DNA of 57,021 bases, filler included, from Basidiobolus ranarum (GCA_040143965.1; 5 parts of 5 records of this genome joined end to end with filler, not necessarily neighbours in it), one strand, 5' to 3'. Positions 1-12,242 are shown, counted from the first letter of the whole stretch. Notes: generated from the sequence alone by a model not told the origin. Numbers and translations are program-made.

Positions 1-1681
1 ATTGAGGCGGGCAACGTTATCGAGGGTTTAGGACCACAAATTGATGAAATTCGTCAAATTGCTATTAGTAGGAGCTTTCCGGACAGAATCCCTTTACTTG
101 AATCCAACTGACAAACTTCACATTTGTAGAGAGTTTCGATAAAGAAGCCAGTCGCTACCATCAAGAAGTATACCATCGTAAACGTGACGAAACTATGGAT
201 AAATTGAATTCCCAACTTCACATTCTTTACCTTGGACAACTTAAGAATCTTCATAGGAAAGCTGTGGCTATGTTTACCGAATCTTTGAAGGTTAGTGATT
301 ATCCATGCTGGTTTATTTTCGAACTAAAGCTTACCGATTTCTTTGCGTACCAGGAGAAATTGAAGGGTGACAACTATGATTTTGGAGCCATCGTATCAAA
401 TTCCAAGATGGAGGCCGAAACCTATTTCAAAGATAACGCTAAGTCAGTAACTCTTTCTGAAACTAGTTGGTCTTTCGAAGAGGAGACAGCCCAACTGGAT
501 CAGAGCTTAGAAGAAATTGCCCAAACGCAAAAGCGAGATGAAATGAAAAAACTGATTAATACATTGGAGGTATGTGCTCGTTTGCCAAACTTTGGTCTCC
601 CACCTACCCCTCGGACTCACTCCCCTTCTCTCACAGAAACATATTAGAAACGAATTAAACGAAACCGTTCCCATCTTGCTTACTTCTGCCAAGCCCGATA
701 TGTGGGAAAAATCATTAGAGGCATTCAAAACTGTTACTGAAGACGCAGAAGAAAAACTTGCGAAGCGTGCTGGATGTAAATGAACTTTCTTTTTGTTGAT
801 AAATCTTTACATTGGCTAACGTAGAATTAAGGTTTTAACTCGGATGATGTTGAGATGAAATCATCTATCCAGAGCCTTCGTGTGCGCTCCTGGGAGATCT
901 TTTGTCAAAAGATCAAGGATGAGACAGCCGATCACTTAATGATTTTAAAGCTACGTAATCGCTTGGAGGAGAGCTTCCGTTACGACCCTGAGGGCTTGCC
1001 CAGAGTTTGGAAACCTGAGGACGACATGGATGGATTCTTTAAAAAGGCCAAAGAACAGGTTTGTCTACTCTTTTAAACCCGCACGATTTGCTACAATATA
1101 TAACCTTTCTATTTCTAGGCAATCCAAATGCTTCCTTTGTTTACCAAGATTGATATTAGAGAGGCAGCCTTCGAACCCGAGCTGTACTTCCCTGATGTAA
1201 CCAAATTATAAAAACCTCATCATCTTAGCATTGATGACTCAACTCCTTATTTTTGTAGGGCTACGATATCGGTAGTACTTTGACCATCCTATCCAATGCA
1301 AAGCAGCAGGACCTTCTTTCTCGATTCAAAAAGGAGGCTGACGCTTTATTCCTGGAAGCCAAGCGGTCTATTGTCGCCACTACTGCTCGTGTTCCCTACT
1401 GGGTCGTAATATTGCTTATGATTCTTGGATGGAATGAATTTGTCTCGATAGTGTGGCTTTTGACTAACCCAATCTATCTCGTATTGACCATTATGATTGG
1501 AATCACCTCGTATGTTGTTTACGCTTTGAACCTGGTAGGTCCACTTAACCAGGTGCTGAACATGATTTGGAATGAGGTTTCTCGTCAAATTCAAGCATCC
1601 TTATCTCAGCCAACTCTCAATCAGCCTCATCGTACCAAACCTCGTACTGAAGATGAGATCGAAATGACGTCTAAAAATTAA
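1..1681 (+). CDS. SEY1: Sey1/RHD3 atlastin-like ER fusion GTPase, 3' portion (5' truncated at contig start), multi-exon
   Basis: Spliced translation gives FDKEASRYHQEVYHRKR, FRYDPEGLPRVWKPEDDMDGFF and the C-terminal hairpin RSIVATTARVPYWVVILLMILGWNEF...NP typical of Sey1; short GT-AG introns; stop at 1679-1681. Confidence 0.9.
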
Positions 1682-1887
1682 CCGTGAGCCTTTGTAATTT
1701 AACCACTCGGTTAGTCATTTAGGACTACGAATACACTAAACTAAAGACGGCCATTTAAAACCATCAGAACAAGTAAATTTTCCCTTACATTTCTCTACAA
1801 CCTTACCTTCGTGTTAAAATTTGAAATAAATCTGATCCATAACCTTAGTCTTGACCACTACCAATTCCTACACTTTTTGATGCACAT

Positions 1888-3505
1888 ATGGACTTATTTA
1901 GGCCAATCTTCAAAAGCGCTGTCCAAGTAATTTTTATCTGATTAGTTCATCCCAGGGTTTTATAAACATCTAGTCCATTTTAGGCTGTAATATTCATCGA
2001 CAAGAGTATATTTATTATTATTATCTAGATTTACAACCAATTGTTCGTCCACTAGATAAGCAACCTTACTTTCGATTTTACCAAGTGATTACGCTCTTGT
2101 GGTACAACATATAGTGTTATATAAAATATGATATACTTACTACTGCATTACATTCCAAAACTCCCTACTATTCTTCTTTATCTTTCGTATGTTGTTAGTT
2201 TCGTTCTACTCGTTGGGCTTGGTTTAGTTTATGCTTTCCAGTGCAAATTAATCTACCCTGCTGATTTTCCTGAGAAATCAAGAACTGAGGTAAATTAGAC
2301 CATTTAACAGTATAGAATTTGAATTCTTGACTAAAGGAGTATCCTATGAACGTTTGAAAATTCTCTAGGTCTCGCTGCCGTCCGAACATAATATGCCATA
2401 TTATGAAGATCTCACCTTGAGAACTCGAGATAATGTTAAAATCAAAGCTTACTTAATAAAGCAAGAAACCGACGAAAAAACTCGAAACGCTTGCACTTTG
2501 CTTTATTTTCATGTAAGAATATTAAAGCTTCTGTGGTTCAAACTATAACTAATCCATTTTAACAGGCAAATGCAGGGAATATGGTATATAAATTAATATT
2601 TGTTTCTACTGAAATAGTACGTGCTTTCATATTTAATGGTAAACTCTTTTTCTCGTTGATAGGGTCATCGTCTTCCTGTTGCACACATATTTTACAAGAT
2701 GTTCAAGTGTAATGTGTTGATGCTCTCGTATAGAGGGTAAGGTGAAAAGATACCTACTTGATAGGATTAATAATTCAACTTTACCTATCAATTTCTTAGA
2801 TATGGTTTAAGTGAAGGATCCCCAAGAGAAAAAGGAATACGTATTGATGCCCAGGTAGATACGTTCATTACTCTTGGTCATCAAAGAGCATTTATTTAGA
2901 TATTCTTTTAGACTGCATTAGATTATATAATCGAACATCCACTTCTCAAGAACACAAAGATCATCACTTTTGGTCAATCCACCGGTGGAGCGGTAGCTAT
3001 TGATTTAGTGACTCACAACGAAGAGAAGGTAGTTATCACATGAAGTAGAAGAAAAGGAAATTCATTAACCTTGGTGGTAAAAATTAGATTCATGCCATGA
3101 TTTTGGAAAATACATTTCTCAGTCTCGTAAGAACACATTCATTTTATTTTCAAAGATCTTTGGATTTTAACTGACTTCCATCGTTAGCCAAAGTTGGTTC
3201 CGAGCTTGTTTCCTTTCCTTCGTCCTGTAGCCTTTCTATGCCATCAGAAATGGAACTCGGAGGAGGCCATAGTGCGCATCACCAAGACGCCCATTCTCTT
3301 CTTATCAGGAAAACGCGACGAGATAGTCCCGCCACAACATATGAAGGCTCTCCATGAGAAAGCCATCACAAGCGGTGGAAAATCGATCCATGAATTCAAC
3401 ACAGGCCACAATGATACTTGTCTAGCACCAAACTACTTCGATGTCATTGCCCAATTCTGGGTCAAGTCTATAGATGATTCATTTGTCAAGAGTGGAATCA
3501 ACTGA
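1888..3505 (+). CDS. bem46: Bem46/ABHD13-family alpha/beta hydrolase, many short introns (start codon tentative)
   Basis: Exons join to give QCKLIYPADFP, TLLYFH|ANAGNM|GHRLP, LSYRG|YGLSEGSP, nucleophile GQSTGG, ILENTF, LSGKRDEIVP and GHND. Confidence 0.85.
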
Positions 3506-3597
3506 GTTTCAACCAATTATATTCTTTAATTCCAATTGTTAGCAATAAAAAGTATCAATCGATGATAAGTGTTACAACGGAATATGTAGAATGAGTT

Positions 3598-3975
3598 TCA
3601 CTGTGAATTACTTCTGTTATGACGACGTGGGGCTCTATTTGCTTTAAGAACCAGAATGGCTGGCTTCTTGGAGTTGGTGTCCTGCACCTGATGATCAGAA
3701 TATTTGGTGGCACTTAGTAGACTCTCCACCACTTTCCTCACTACACTTATCGACTGATCCATGGCTACGGTCCAACTCATGTTTATAGTCAGAAAGCCAA
3801 ACCGCATACAGAGGATAGCTATTGCTATGACAGTGGTGATTACCGCAAATGCTATAAAAGTAATAAAAAGGAAGGAAATCAACGGGAAGCAGCAGCCCAC
3901 AAATACATAGATAGGGAATCTGGCGGGATGAAGAAGGGTGCGAATTTGAAGTGAGCTCTCAGTTGAGTCAGACAT
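3598..3975 (-). CDS. Hypothetical small membrane protein (~125 aa) with one long hydrophobic hairpin
   Basis: ORF from MSDSTESS; ~40-residue hydrophobic block IYVFVGCCFPLISFLFITFIAFAVITTVIAIAILC followed by a basic tail; converges on the BEM46 gene. Confidence 0.4.
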   Translation of the reverse strand: MSDSTESSLQIRTLLHPARFPIYVFVGCCFPLISFLFITFIAFAVITTVIAIAILCMRFGFLTINMSWTVAMDQSISVVRKVVESLLSATKYSDHQVQDTNSKKPAILVLKANRAPRRHNRSNSQ

Positions 3976-4472
3976 CTTTGGTTGAACTTCAACAGAATAG
4001 ACATATTTATGATTTAGTGAAGTAGCAATCACATGGGAGATTATCTGCACATATTTCATCTAACCTTGAGAAGAGGATTATCTCAGGGTTAAGCAAACTC
4101 TCGCCAGCCAAAGATCAAGTATTGGGTGCATGATGCAAAAATACGTAAGTAGATATGACATCGTTCTGCCAGTACACAGGCACATATCCTGCCTTGCGTT
4201 TCCCAGTTTTCTTAGCCATAATCACCCAACCCTGAACATGGCATAACCTGAGTAACACAAGTTCTTCTATTGATTCTCCATGGAATCTGGTGATTGGTAT
4301 CCAACGTCTCTCGATCGATTGATTCAACTGTATGGTGAGACATATACTTTTATGTACATGGTTATTACTACTATCTATTATTTGCAACAACGTCAGTGGT
4401 CAGTCAGGATTTAATATAAGAGTAATGGTGGTTACACATTTAATCATCCTCAAATCATATAAATATCATGGA

Positions 4473-4527
4473 TAAATATCGTAAATCTTGGCGTATAAAT
4501 ATCGTAAATCCTGGCGTATAAATATCG
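4473..4527. repeat. 23-bp tandem repeat (~2.4 copies) upstream of the sugar transporter
   Basis: TAAATATCGTAAATC(T/C)TGGCGTA repeated directly. Confidence 0.85.
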
Positions 4528-4802
4528 AGAAGTTTAAATTACTGACTATGTATTTAGGTTACGGTGCATATAAAGTGACATATTGAAGGGTACACCATAT
4601 GATCTTTAACAGTCAGCGTGGTAGCCAAATAAGGTTTGTTTATGATGACATTGTTGATGAACTGAGCAATAAAGTAATGAGATATCAATAGCACCATTAC
4701 TGTATCATTACTCAGATTAGGTCTTATCATTATATAAGTGACTATCTGGCCCCACCATTGTGTAGTAAAATAATACCGAGGGGACTTCAAACTCATACTT
4801 CA

Positions 4803-6401
4803 ATGAACAATAAATTTAATGGAGCCGGCCAAGATATGTCCGAACCATATCCGCCTACAGTGCATCCACAAACCACCGCTCAGGCGGATTATCAGAGAAA
4901 TCTTCACAACAACGCCCCTCTAGCTGGTAGCAAAGTCACTTCACCCAAAGACTCATTGAATGCTTCATACACATCTTACAGCGTTTTCTGTGTCGCTATT
5001 GCTTGTCTAGTAGCATTCAATAATGGTTGGAACACTTCGGTAACCAATATTCCTGAAGATGCTATTCGTAATTGCCCTAATCCTAATGAAAAAGATGGAG
5101 GCTTCTTCCCTTGCTTTCCCATGGGTGACTGGCTTTGGGGCTTTGCAGTAGGTAGTTATGCATTGGGAGGTGCAGTTGGAGGCCTCTCCGCGGGTTGGTT
5201 TCAAACGAAATTTGGTCGTCGTAACTCCTTAATGGTTAATAATATCAACTTTATCATCGGTGCCATTTTGCTCGGCTTCTCTGCTCATCAAGCCATGTGG
5301 ATTGTTGGCCGTTTCTTCACTGGTATTGGCTCAGGATTGGGAACGGTGGTACTTCCTACATATATCGGAGAGAGTGCTACTACAAAATCACGAGGCGCTA
5401 TGGGAGTACTCAACCAACTGTCAGTTGTTATTGGTATCTTGGTCACGGAAGTTGTAGGTCTAGGTCTATCATATCATCCCGGATGGAGAATCGATCTAGC
5501 AATCACCGGCATTATAGCCATCATTCAAATGGCCCTTCTTCCAATGGTAGTTGAGACACCACGTTACTATATTTCGCAAGATAGAGTCGACAGTGCTGAG
5601 CAGTCGCTGATTAAAATTCGTAAAGGATACGATACCAGAAACGAACTCCGTGAAATCATCAACGCTCGTGAGGAATACAAGCGAACAGCCGGTACAGTCT
5701 CAGCTAGCGAGGGAATCAAGTACCTTTTTAAAGATCCAGTTATCCGACGCAACGGATGGATGTGTATTTTCTTGTGTTGTGCTCAGCAACTTAGTGGAAT
5801 CAACGGAGTCATGTACTATTCTACCACAATCTTTACAGATATCTACGGTAAATCCACCGCTCAATACCTTACAGTAGGTATTGGTGGTCTTAACCTGCTA
5901 GCCACCCTTCTTTCCGTTCTCCTTATTGATCGCTTGGGCCGTAAGATCCTCGTACTATCCAGTTTGGCAGGCATGGTGATATTTCACGTGATTCTGATTA
6001 TTGGTATTCAGCTGAATATCCCCGCTTTGGTCATTCTGGGGGTCTTTGCTTTTGTATTATCATTTGCCATTGGTATGGGACCCATTCCTTTCCTGATTAT
6101 TTCCGAGTTGGTTCCTACCCATGCAGTCTCCACTGTCAGTGCGATCTCTCTTGGACTCAATTGGTTTTGTAATTTCTTGGTGGGATTCTTCTTCCCATCT
6201 CTCAAAAATGTCATGCAAGGCTACGTATTCCTTATCTTTGCAGTGATTTGTGCCATAGCCTTTGTGATCGCTTTGATCTTCCAAAAGGAAACCAAAGGTC
6301 GTAGTATTGAAGAACTTACTGGAGGCGCTAGTCGAACCACTGGGCCTGTCCGCGATAGTCAAACCAATTTTGCCAATCCATCCTCAGATTATGATGCTTA
6401 A
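4803..6401 (+). CDS. MFS sugar porter (GLUT-like hexose transporter), intronless
   Basis: Motifs FGRRNSL, GRFFTG, YIGESA...RG, VETPRY, QQLSGINGVMYYS, DRLGRK, GPIP, SELVP and KETKGRSIEEL; first plausible ATG at 4803. Confidence 0.92.
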   Translation: MNNKFNGAGQDMSEPYPPTVHPQTTAQADYQRNLHNNAPLAGSKVTSPKDSLNASYTSYSVFCVAIACLVAFNNGWNTSVTNIPEDAIRNCPNPNEKDGGFFPCFPMGDWLWGFAVGSYALGGAVGGLSAGWFQTKFGRRNSLMVNNINFIIGAILLGFSAHQAMWIVGRFFTGIGSGLGTVVLPTYIGESATTKSRGAMGVLNQLSVVIGILVTEVVGLGLSYHPGWRIDLAITGIIAIIQMALLPMVVETPRYYISQDRVDSAEQSLIKIRKGYDTRNELREIINAREEYKRTAGTVSASEGIKYLFKDPVIRRNGWMCIFLCCAQQLSGINGVMYYSTTIFTDIYGKSTAQYLTVGIGGLNLLATLLSVLLIDRLGRKILVLSSLAGMVIFHVILIIGIQLNIPALVILGVFAFVLSFAIGMGPIPFLIISELVPTHAVSTVSAISLGLNWFCNFLVGFFFPSLKNVMQGYVFLIFAVICAIAFVIALIFQKETKGRSIEELTGGASRTTGPVRDSQTNFANPSSDYDA

Positions 6402-6474
6402 AAAAGCATTTGCCAGTCATTCGATCATTTCCCCCATACTTTGATTTCCAATTTTGTATTATCCACTTGTATAT

Positions 6475-6541
6475 TCTCAGAGCAATAATAAAATATATCT
6501 TCATATTATATCTCAGAGCAATAATAAAATATATCTTCATA
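6475..6541. repeat. 36-bp tandem duplication in the transporter 3' flank
   Basis: TCTCAGAGCAATAATAAAATATATCTTCATA present at 6475 and 6511. Confidence 0.85.
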
Positions 6542-6903
6542 CTATATGTTGGATCGGGCTGAGTGTGTCAAACATGCATTGTGGAGAATGCAATATACGG
6601 AGAAAACTGGATCCATGTACATTATTAACTCCAAATGGAGAAAGCCTGTATAACTAACCTTGAATCTTTAGATCGACCAAAATAGGTATCCGGAGCATAG
6701 GGCAAGACTGTTCAGAGGGCTTCACAATCAGTATCATGATATATTGAATTAGTATCCCAAATACTAAAGCCAATGCTATATTAAACCCCTCCATCTGGAC
6801 ATAGAGAATACCTAATGTTAGAAGCATAATAGATGATGCAACGCGTTCATTTTACTAATCTCGAATTTTTATTCATTCGTTTGAAGATATGTACAAGTGT
6901 GAT

Positions 6904-7554
6904 TTAGAGGAATTTGTTTAGCATAGAGGCTCCCTGACCCCCAGTAGCAGAGTTAACCATTCCCATTAGGCCAGAAGCACCACCTCCTTCTCCTTGACCG
7001 CCTTGCTTTCCTCCGAGGTTAGACATAAGCATGGCTAACATAGCTTGGGTACCGCCTCCACCTGCACCAGATTTGCCCATAAATAATTTCATGGCCATCT
7101 GAATCGCACTCTGAACGATGATTCCTTTGTTGGCACCAGAAGAGGCACCTCCAGCTCCACTAAATATGCTTTTGGCTTCTTGCATAACCATCTGAAGTAA
7201 TTCTTGTTGGCCACCTCCTTCCTGACCAGCTCCAGATCTCTCAAACGTTTGGAAGGCCTGAACACCAGCAGCTTTGCCTAGTTCTTCATCTGTAGCCTGA
7301 CTGGGGTCACTGTAAACTTTTCCATGAACAGCCTGTGCTTCGTGAATATCTGCCTCACTAGGAGGAGCTACCTGACTGTGGACAGCGTTGTGAACAGCCG
7401 CCTGATCTTTGAGCGATCCAAGATATTTTCAATATGAAGGTTATTACTTGTTGGGATATGAGTGACCATAACAAATAATATGATGAGATTACTTACCATC
7501 GGGGTGATCATATTCATTACTCAAGTTAGATATGACACTCTTAAATATATCCAT
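6904..7554 (-). CDS. Small Gly/Ala/Gln-rich conserved fungal protein (beta-flanking-protein-like), 2 exons
   Basis: Exon 1 MDIFKSVISNLSNEYDHPD ends at GTAAGT donor (7496); exon 2 has AQAVHGKVY...ELGKAAGVQAFQTF...MVMQEAKSIF...VQSAIQMAMKLF and ends MLNKFL*. Confidence 0.7.
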
Positions 7555-8064
7555 AATGTTTCGTTGACAGTAAGTGAAGAAAAGTGGAAATGAGAAGTAC
7601 GAAGTGAAAAGAGGATGTTATAACGAGAAAATGGGGGAATAAATAGCTTCATGAAGATTCATATATATATGCTATTCCCATACGATTGATTCACTTCTGA
7701 CGTATTGAAACATAGCGTCATTCAATGTCCTGTGACGATGGTTCGAACTGCCACATGTTTAATACATTGATCACGTGATCTTAGATAACATTACCCATCT
7801 CTACTCTTTGGGAACATTGAATATATCTGAAAGTACAATGAATAATGCTTTAGGAACTTAATTTGCATACTAGCTTCTTCAAATTAGATGATTAGGATTA
7901 TCTTTTTGCCCTGGACTGTTGATAAATACTATATCCTTCGGAAACATAACAATATCAATAGGTGTCTTTTTTTAGATACCAATTTTCAGTAACTACTTAA
8001 ATCTATATACTGATATATGCAAGATACTCAAACACTCAAAGAATTCGAATTGATACCTAAGTAG

Positions 8065-8173
8065 TGTTAAAATTAGCATAGCCTAAGCACCTATATAGTC
8101 ATATATAGCTTAGCATGTAGTTATTCCATATTGAACTAAGATATCACCTTAAGGGAAATTTACTTAGAAGTTT
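8065..8173 (+). mobile_element. Truncated 5' part of a Copia-type LTR (same family as 46068-46387 and 46935-47283)
   Basis: TGTTAAAATTAGCATAGCCTAAGCACCTATATAGTCATATATAGCTTAG closely matches the start of the contig-5 LTRs. Confidence 0.75.
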
Positions 8174-9466
8174 ATATATGATTTCTTTGAAACTCTGATA
8201 TAAGTCAATGAGTGTAAAAACAGGCTCTAGAGGGACCCAATAAGAAGATCCGAAAGAACTAGAGAATGCATTGTATGCCTTGCTTTATTGATATCTTGAA
8301 TTCCCCTAGCTTCTACTACCACTACTACGTACGTAAGCTTGTCTGCTAGCGGAAAACCCATGAATATATATCTATATGCAAAATCTCCATACCCATTTCG
8401 ATATCAATATAGTAGTTAAGAATAAAGACAGTCAATCCTTCGAATTCTGTATTTTATTTCTGGCTGGGATGGTTGGAAAAACACTGACATATCTCCTACA
8501 TACTACTACATGACAGTAACCAATGTGAGAACTACGAGTAAAACTGCGGATCCTATATTGACTCATATTCAGACACTCTATTCTGTGGTAGGTCTTTGGA
8601 GCCACGATTATGCTAGGGGTTTTCTTATCTAGGCACGATGACTGACACAAGTACCGATACCCACCGCCCAAGTACCAACAAAGCTAGACTCATTCACGAC
8701 ACGTTACCTGTAGCAATATTAAAAATAGCGATGTAGAGTATTCCATGAATTACGTATCTCATGTAAATTCAAATAGTTGTACTACAGACTGAAGGTTGTA
8801 TTCGACTAGTTGTATTGCTACTACCTACTACGGTGACCTGCAGCATGAGAGTGATAGACTTGCATATGTTGAACCCACTCTAATGAAAGCAAAAAATGGG
8901 TGAACTCTCATAATTCTGGTGATGTTTTTGCTGCGCTCAGTGTAATACATGTACATGTTAAGATGGAAAATCGATCAAGTAAATTGAACCCAAATCTATG
9001 GTGTTGTGATTATGCACTCAGATGATCTTTTTTGTTCGTTAATGTTGCAGTTTCATGCTGTCCATTTGGTGTTGCCCCTTGGTGATGTCCCTTGATGTTG
9101 CCTCTGGATGATGTCTCTTTATGTTGTCTACTTCTGCTGTTCGCTTCTGTTGTCTCTTAGTGTTCGTCAAGGTTCTTCTTTCGAGGATTCTCTTGATCCA
9201 TTCTACTCTTGGTTTTTTCATCTCTTGATCTTAGCCTTTCCTATCCCTCATCCCTTCTTTTCCCCTCTCCTGAAAATGTTCATTGATGTGGTTCCATGAG
9301 CTTTCAAGCATCCCTTCTGTTTCATTATGCACTACTTCTCAGTATCCTCTTGAAATTTTCTGCGAACCACCGAATGAAAAATATTATTTATATCACTCAA
9401 CTAATTTTCTCTCTTTATAATTTTATCTAAGCTTCAAGTTTTACCAAACACAAACAAACTGCCATC

Positions 9467-10006
9467 ATGAAGTTCGCTACTCTCATCACCATTCTGGCTA
9501 CCATCTCCGGCGCCTACTCCATGGTCATTAAGCGTGACACCCCTGTCAAGAAAGTCATCACTGACCTCACAGCTGCCTTTGACAAGTTGGACACTGCTGC
9601 TATCGCCTTTGACGGCAACGTCCAGCCTGTTGTCAATGCTGCCGACTACGTCATCTCCTTGATTGGCTCCGGCCAAACAATCGCCGAGGGTGCAGCTCCC
9701 ATTGGTCTTGGCGATGCTGCCACTCTTCTCGACCCTATCAAGGAGCTTGATGGCCACATCAAGACTTTTTTCAATGACTTAAAGGGCCGTGTTGGTGATG
9801 TTGGGAAGGCCAAACAGTGCGATGTCGCTCTTGGGAAGCTGGGCACTATCAACTCTACCTGCCAGAAGTTAATTGGTGCCATTGTAGACAAGGTCACCTC
9901 TACCTTTGCCAAGGCCCAGGCTAAGCCTTACTTTGACGACATCAAGAACCTCCTTGCTCAGTCTCAGGATTTGTTCGTTAAGGGTAACTGCGTCAATGCT
10001 AGCTAA
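9467..10006 (+). CDS. Secreted HsbA / Mp1-type cell-wall galactomannoprotein (hydrophobic surface binding protein A family)
   Basis: Signal peptide MKFATLITILATISGAYS, Kex2 KR site, amphipathic helical HsbA pattern (KLDTAAIAFDG...IGLGDAATLLDPIKEL...KLIGAIVDKV), terminal NCVNAS; intronless. Confidence 0.75.
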   Translation: MKFATLITILATISGAYSMVIKRDTPVKKVITDLTAAFDKLDTAAIAFDGNVQPVVNAADYVISLIGSGQTIAEGAAPIGLGDAATLLDPIKELDGHIKTFFNDLKGRVGDVGKAKQCDVALGKLGTINSTCQKLIGAIVDKVTSTFAKAQAKPYFDDIKNLLAQSQDLFVKGNCVNAS

Positions 10007-10601
10007 GCACTTCGATGTTAACAATAAAGGAATATCAGAACTTAAAACGTAATATCACTTCTTTTGTCAATACTTTATATTTGATTTTACCTGGATTAGG
10101 CCAAGTTATATATAGTTACATTCTATACTCTAGCATCATTACCTTTACCTATCACTAAGATTTTCAGACAATTAGAACTAATTGTAATGACAAAGCTAAC
10201 TGAGTTAGATATATGTGTATGTTGGAAGGGAATTATGCTGAGCATCGTATACGGAATTATCACTTGTTTTTTTTAAGCTGAAGTAGCTAGTAAGAAAAAA
10301 TTAATATTAACGTGCTCCTGAGTCTTTCTTATCATTTAGTGCACTCACTGTTGTATTGGAAACATGTTTCTCACTCAAATTGAATTAGTTACTTCGCTTA
10401 AAGTTGTAGTTTATTAGAGCTCTGTTAGCGAAAGAAAATATCAATTGAAACAAAAGCACTCCAATAGCATGGATGTGGAGTTCAATACAGAATCGTTTTA
10501 GTCGATTAGTCAAAAGAAATGGTAAACCAAAGATGTGAATGTTTGTTATTAGGATATTTGGAAGGATTAGTTAAGATCATCAGATTTGTGGTTCAAATCG
10601 A

Positions 10602-11336
10602 CTAACAGCTTCCACAGTCATCACCACCACAATCATCATTCCATCCACATCCATCACCACCAAATCTGCCGAATCTCCCAAATCTACCAAAGCCGCGGCC
10701 ACCAAACCGACCGAATCTTCTACCTCTGCCAAACCGACCACGGCCAAAACGCCCGCGACCTCTTCCAAAACGCCCGCGACCTCTTCCAAAACGTCCACGG
10801 CCTCGTCCTCTGCCACCACGACCACGTCCACCACGGCCTCCGCGTCGCAGCTCAGTTTCTTCTGGAGCGACATCTGAATCTGTGTCCCCTTCATCATTAA
10901 CACTGTAATTGACATCATTATTCTCAGTATTTTCTGCTTCTGGTGCGGTGACACTGTCAGGTGTAGCCGAAATATTGGTGTCTTGGTCTCCAGTTCCGCT
11001 AGTCATTGTAGTCATAAATTCATCAAATATTCTGGCTCTGGATGAGTCAGATAGACCTTTCTTGTCTCTCAAGGCTCTCGACAAGTGAGATAATATTTTC
11101 CCAAGGCTAATACGACGCATCTGTGCTTCTTCAGGGGTGAGTTCAATTTCCTCATCCAACACGAAGTTGGGAATGAACAAGTCGGTACCTGCTCCAGCTA
11201 CTATCTCCTCCCTTACTGGCATGGTAGACATGGAAGATTCTACATTATGGCCAGAAGGTGTGCTGAGTTTAATGTCGGCTGCATTGGCTAGAGAGGCTAA
11301 CAATATGGTGCTGACGAGAGTGGCTTTGAAATACAT
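10602..11336 (-). CDS. Secreted precursor: signal peptide, acidic pro-region, dibasic RR site, Gly/Arg/Phe repeat and acidic 4-Cys tail
   Basis: 244-aa ORF; MYFKATLVSTILLASLANA signal; ...EETELRR then GGRGGRGRG...RFG x9 then DGCGWNDDCGGDDCGSC*. Confidence 0.75.
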   Translation of the reverse strand: MYFKATLVSTILLASLANAADIKLSTPSGHNVESSMSTMPVREEIVAGAGTDLFIPNFVLDEEIELTPEEAQMRRISLGKILSHLSRALRDKKGLSDSSRARIFDEFMTTMTSGTGDQDTNISATPDSVTAPEAENTENNDVNYSVNDEGDTDSDVAPEETELRRGGRGGRGRGGRGRGRGRFGRGRGRFGRGRGRFGRGRFGRGRRFGRFGGRGFGRFGRFGRFGGDGCGWNDDCGGDDCGSC

Positions 11337-11339
11337 TTT

Positions 11340-11439
11340 NNNNNNNNNNNNNNNNNNNNNNNNNNNNNNNNNNNNNNNNNNNNTTAATTAATTAANNNNN
11401 NNNNNNNNNNNNNNNNNNNNNNNNNNNNNNNNNNNNNNN
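11340..11439. other. Artificial contig-joining spacer
   Basis: 44 N + TTAATTAATTAA (stops in all six frames) + 44 N. Confidence 0.98.
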
Positions 11440-11905
11440 CCAGTACATGTGGGAGGTTCCGAGCAGTGTAAAGCCCGAAGCGAACTATGTGATACGAGCT
11501 GGTGATGGCAAGCTATTCAAGTATAGCCCTTTCTTTGAGATCATCAATTCACAAACCAATCAAACTACATTTGAAGACACGGATGAACCAGAATTACCAA
11601 GTCCAACAGACCCGCAAGTACCCACCTCTCCAATATCTACGTCGACCTGGAATCCACTCCAAAGTATGAACAAAACAAACGAACTCAAACCTGTCTCTAG
11701 CGGTGTTAACCCTGGTGGTAGCAACCCTAGTAGCACTAATACAAGTAGTACCAGTCCTTCATCTAGCACATTAACGTTAAATACAAATAATACAAAAACA
11801 ACAAAATCGTTGAATCCTAAATCAAACGAATCTAACTATTTACGATCGGAATGGGATTTGGCGATCATGGTAGGACTTTTCCAAAGTTACTTGATGTTCG
11901 ATTGA
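11440..11905 (+). CDS. Ser/Thr-rich GPI-anchored cell-surface protein (Kre9/Knh1-like Ig domain end), 5' truncated
   Basis: YMWEVPSSVKPEANYVIRAGDGKLFKYSPFFEI followed by a long S/T/P/N-rich stalk and a hydrophobic C-terminus. Confidence 0.65.
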
Positions 11906-12242
11906 TATTGATTTAAACAAATCTATTTATTCTATTTATGTCCAGTATTTTAATAAAGTTCAAAGGCTAGATTGCTCACTAAACAAGTTAAATTTAATTT
12001 CCATCCATTCTGATTGGATTATGAGCGTATTTATGCTAATCTTGTTTGATGGGTGATTTGTCCAACTGTAACAGCTAGCGTTTCAAAACGAAACACAAGA
12101 AATGCGGGCTATTTTATGCACCCAGCCTACCGTTTCATCAGCTCTCTTTTATAACCTTAACTTGGGGATTTCTTGCCCTCAACTCCAGTTCGTCTTCGAA
12201 GATCCTTTGCTTTCGTCTCTAGATTGACCCCGAAGATTAGCC

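Noticed and set aside
4473-6541. Short direct repeats as possible CRISPR-like arrays (also 22595 and 47170)
   Set aside because: Only two adjacent copies with no unique spacers, eukaryotic context, no cas genes; ordinary slippage duplications
10580-10954. His-rich and Val-rich alternative-frame ORFs over the GR repeat
   Set aside because: Shadow frames of the low-complexity repeat in the 10602-11336 gene
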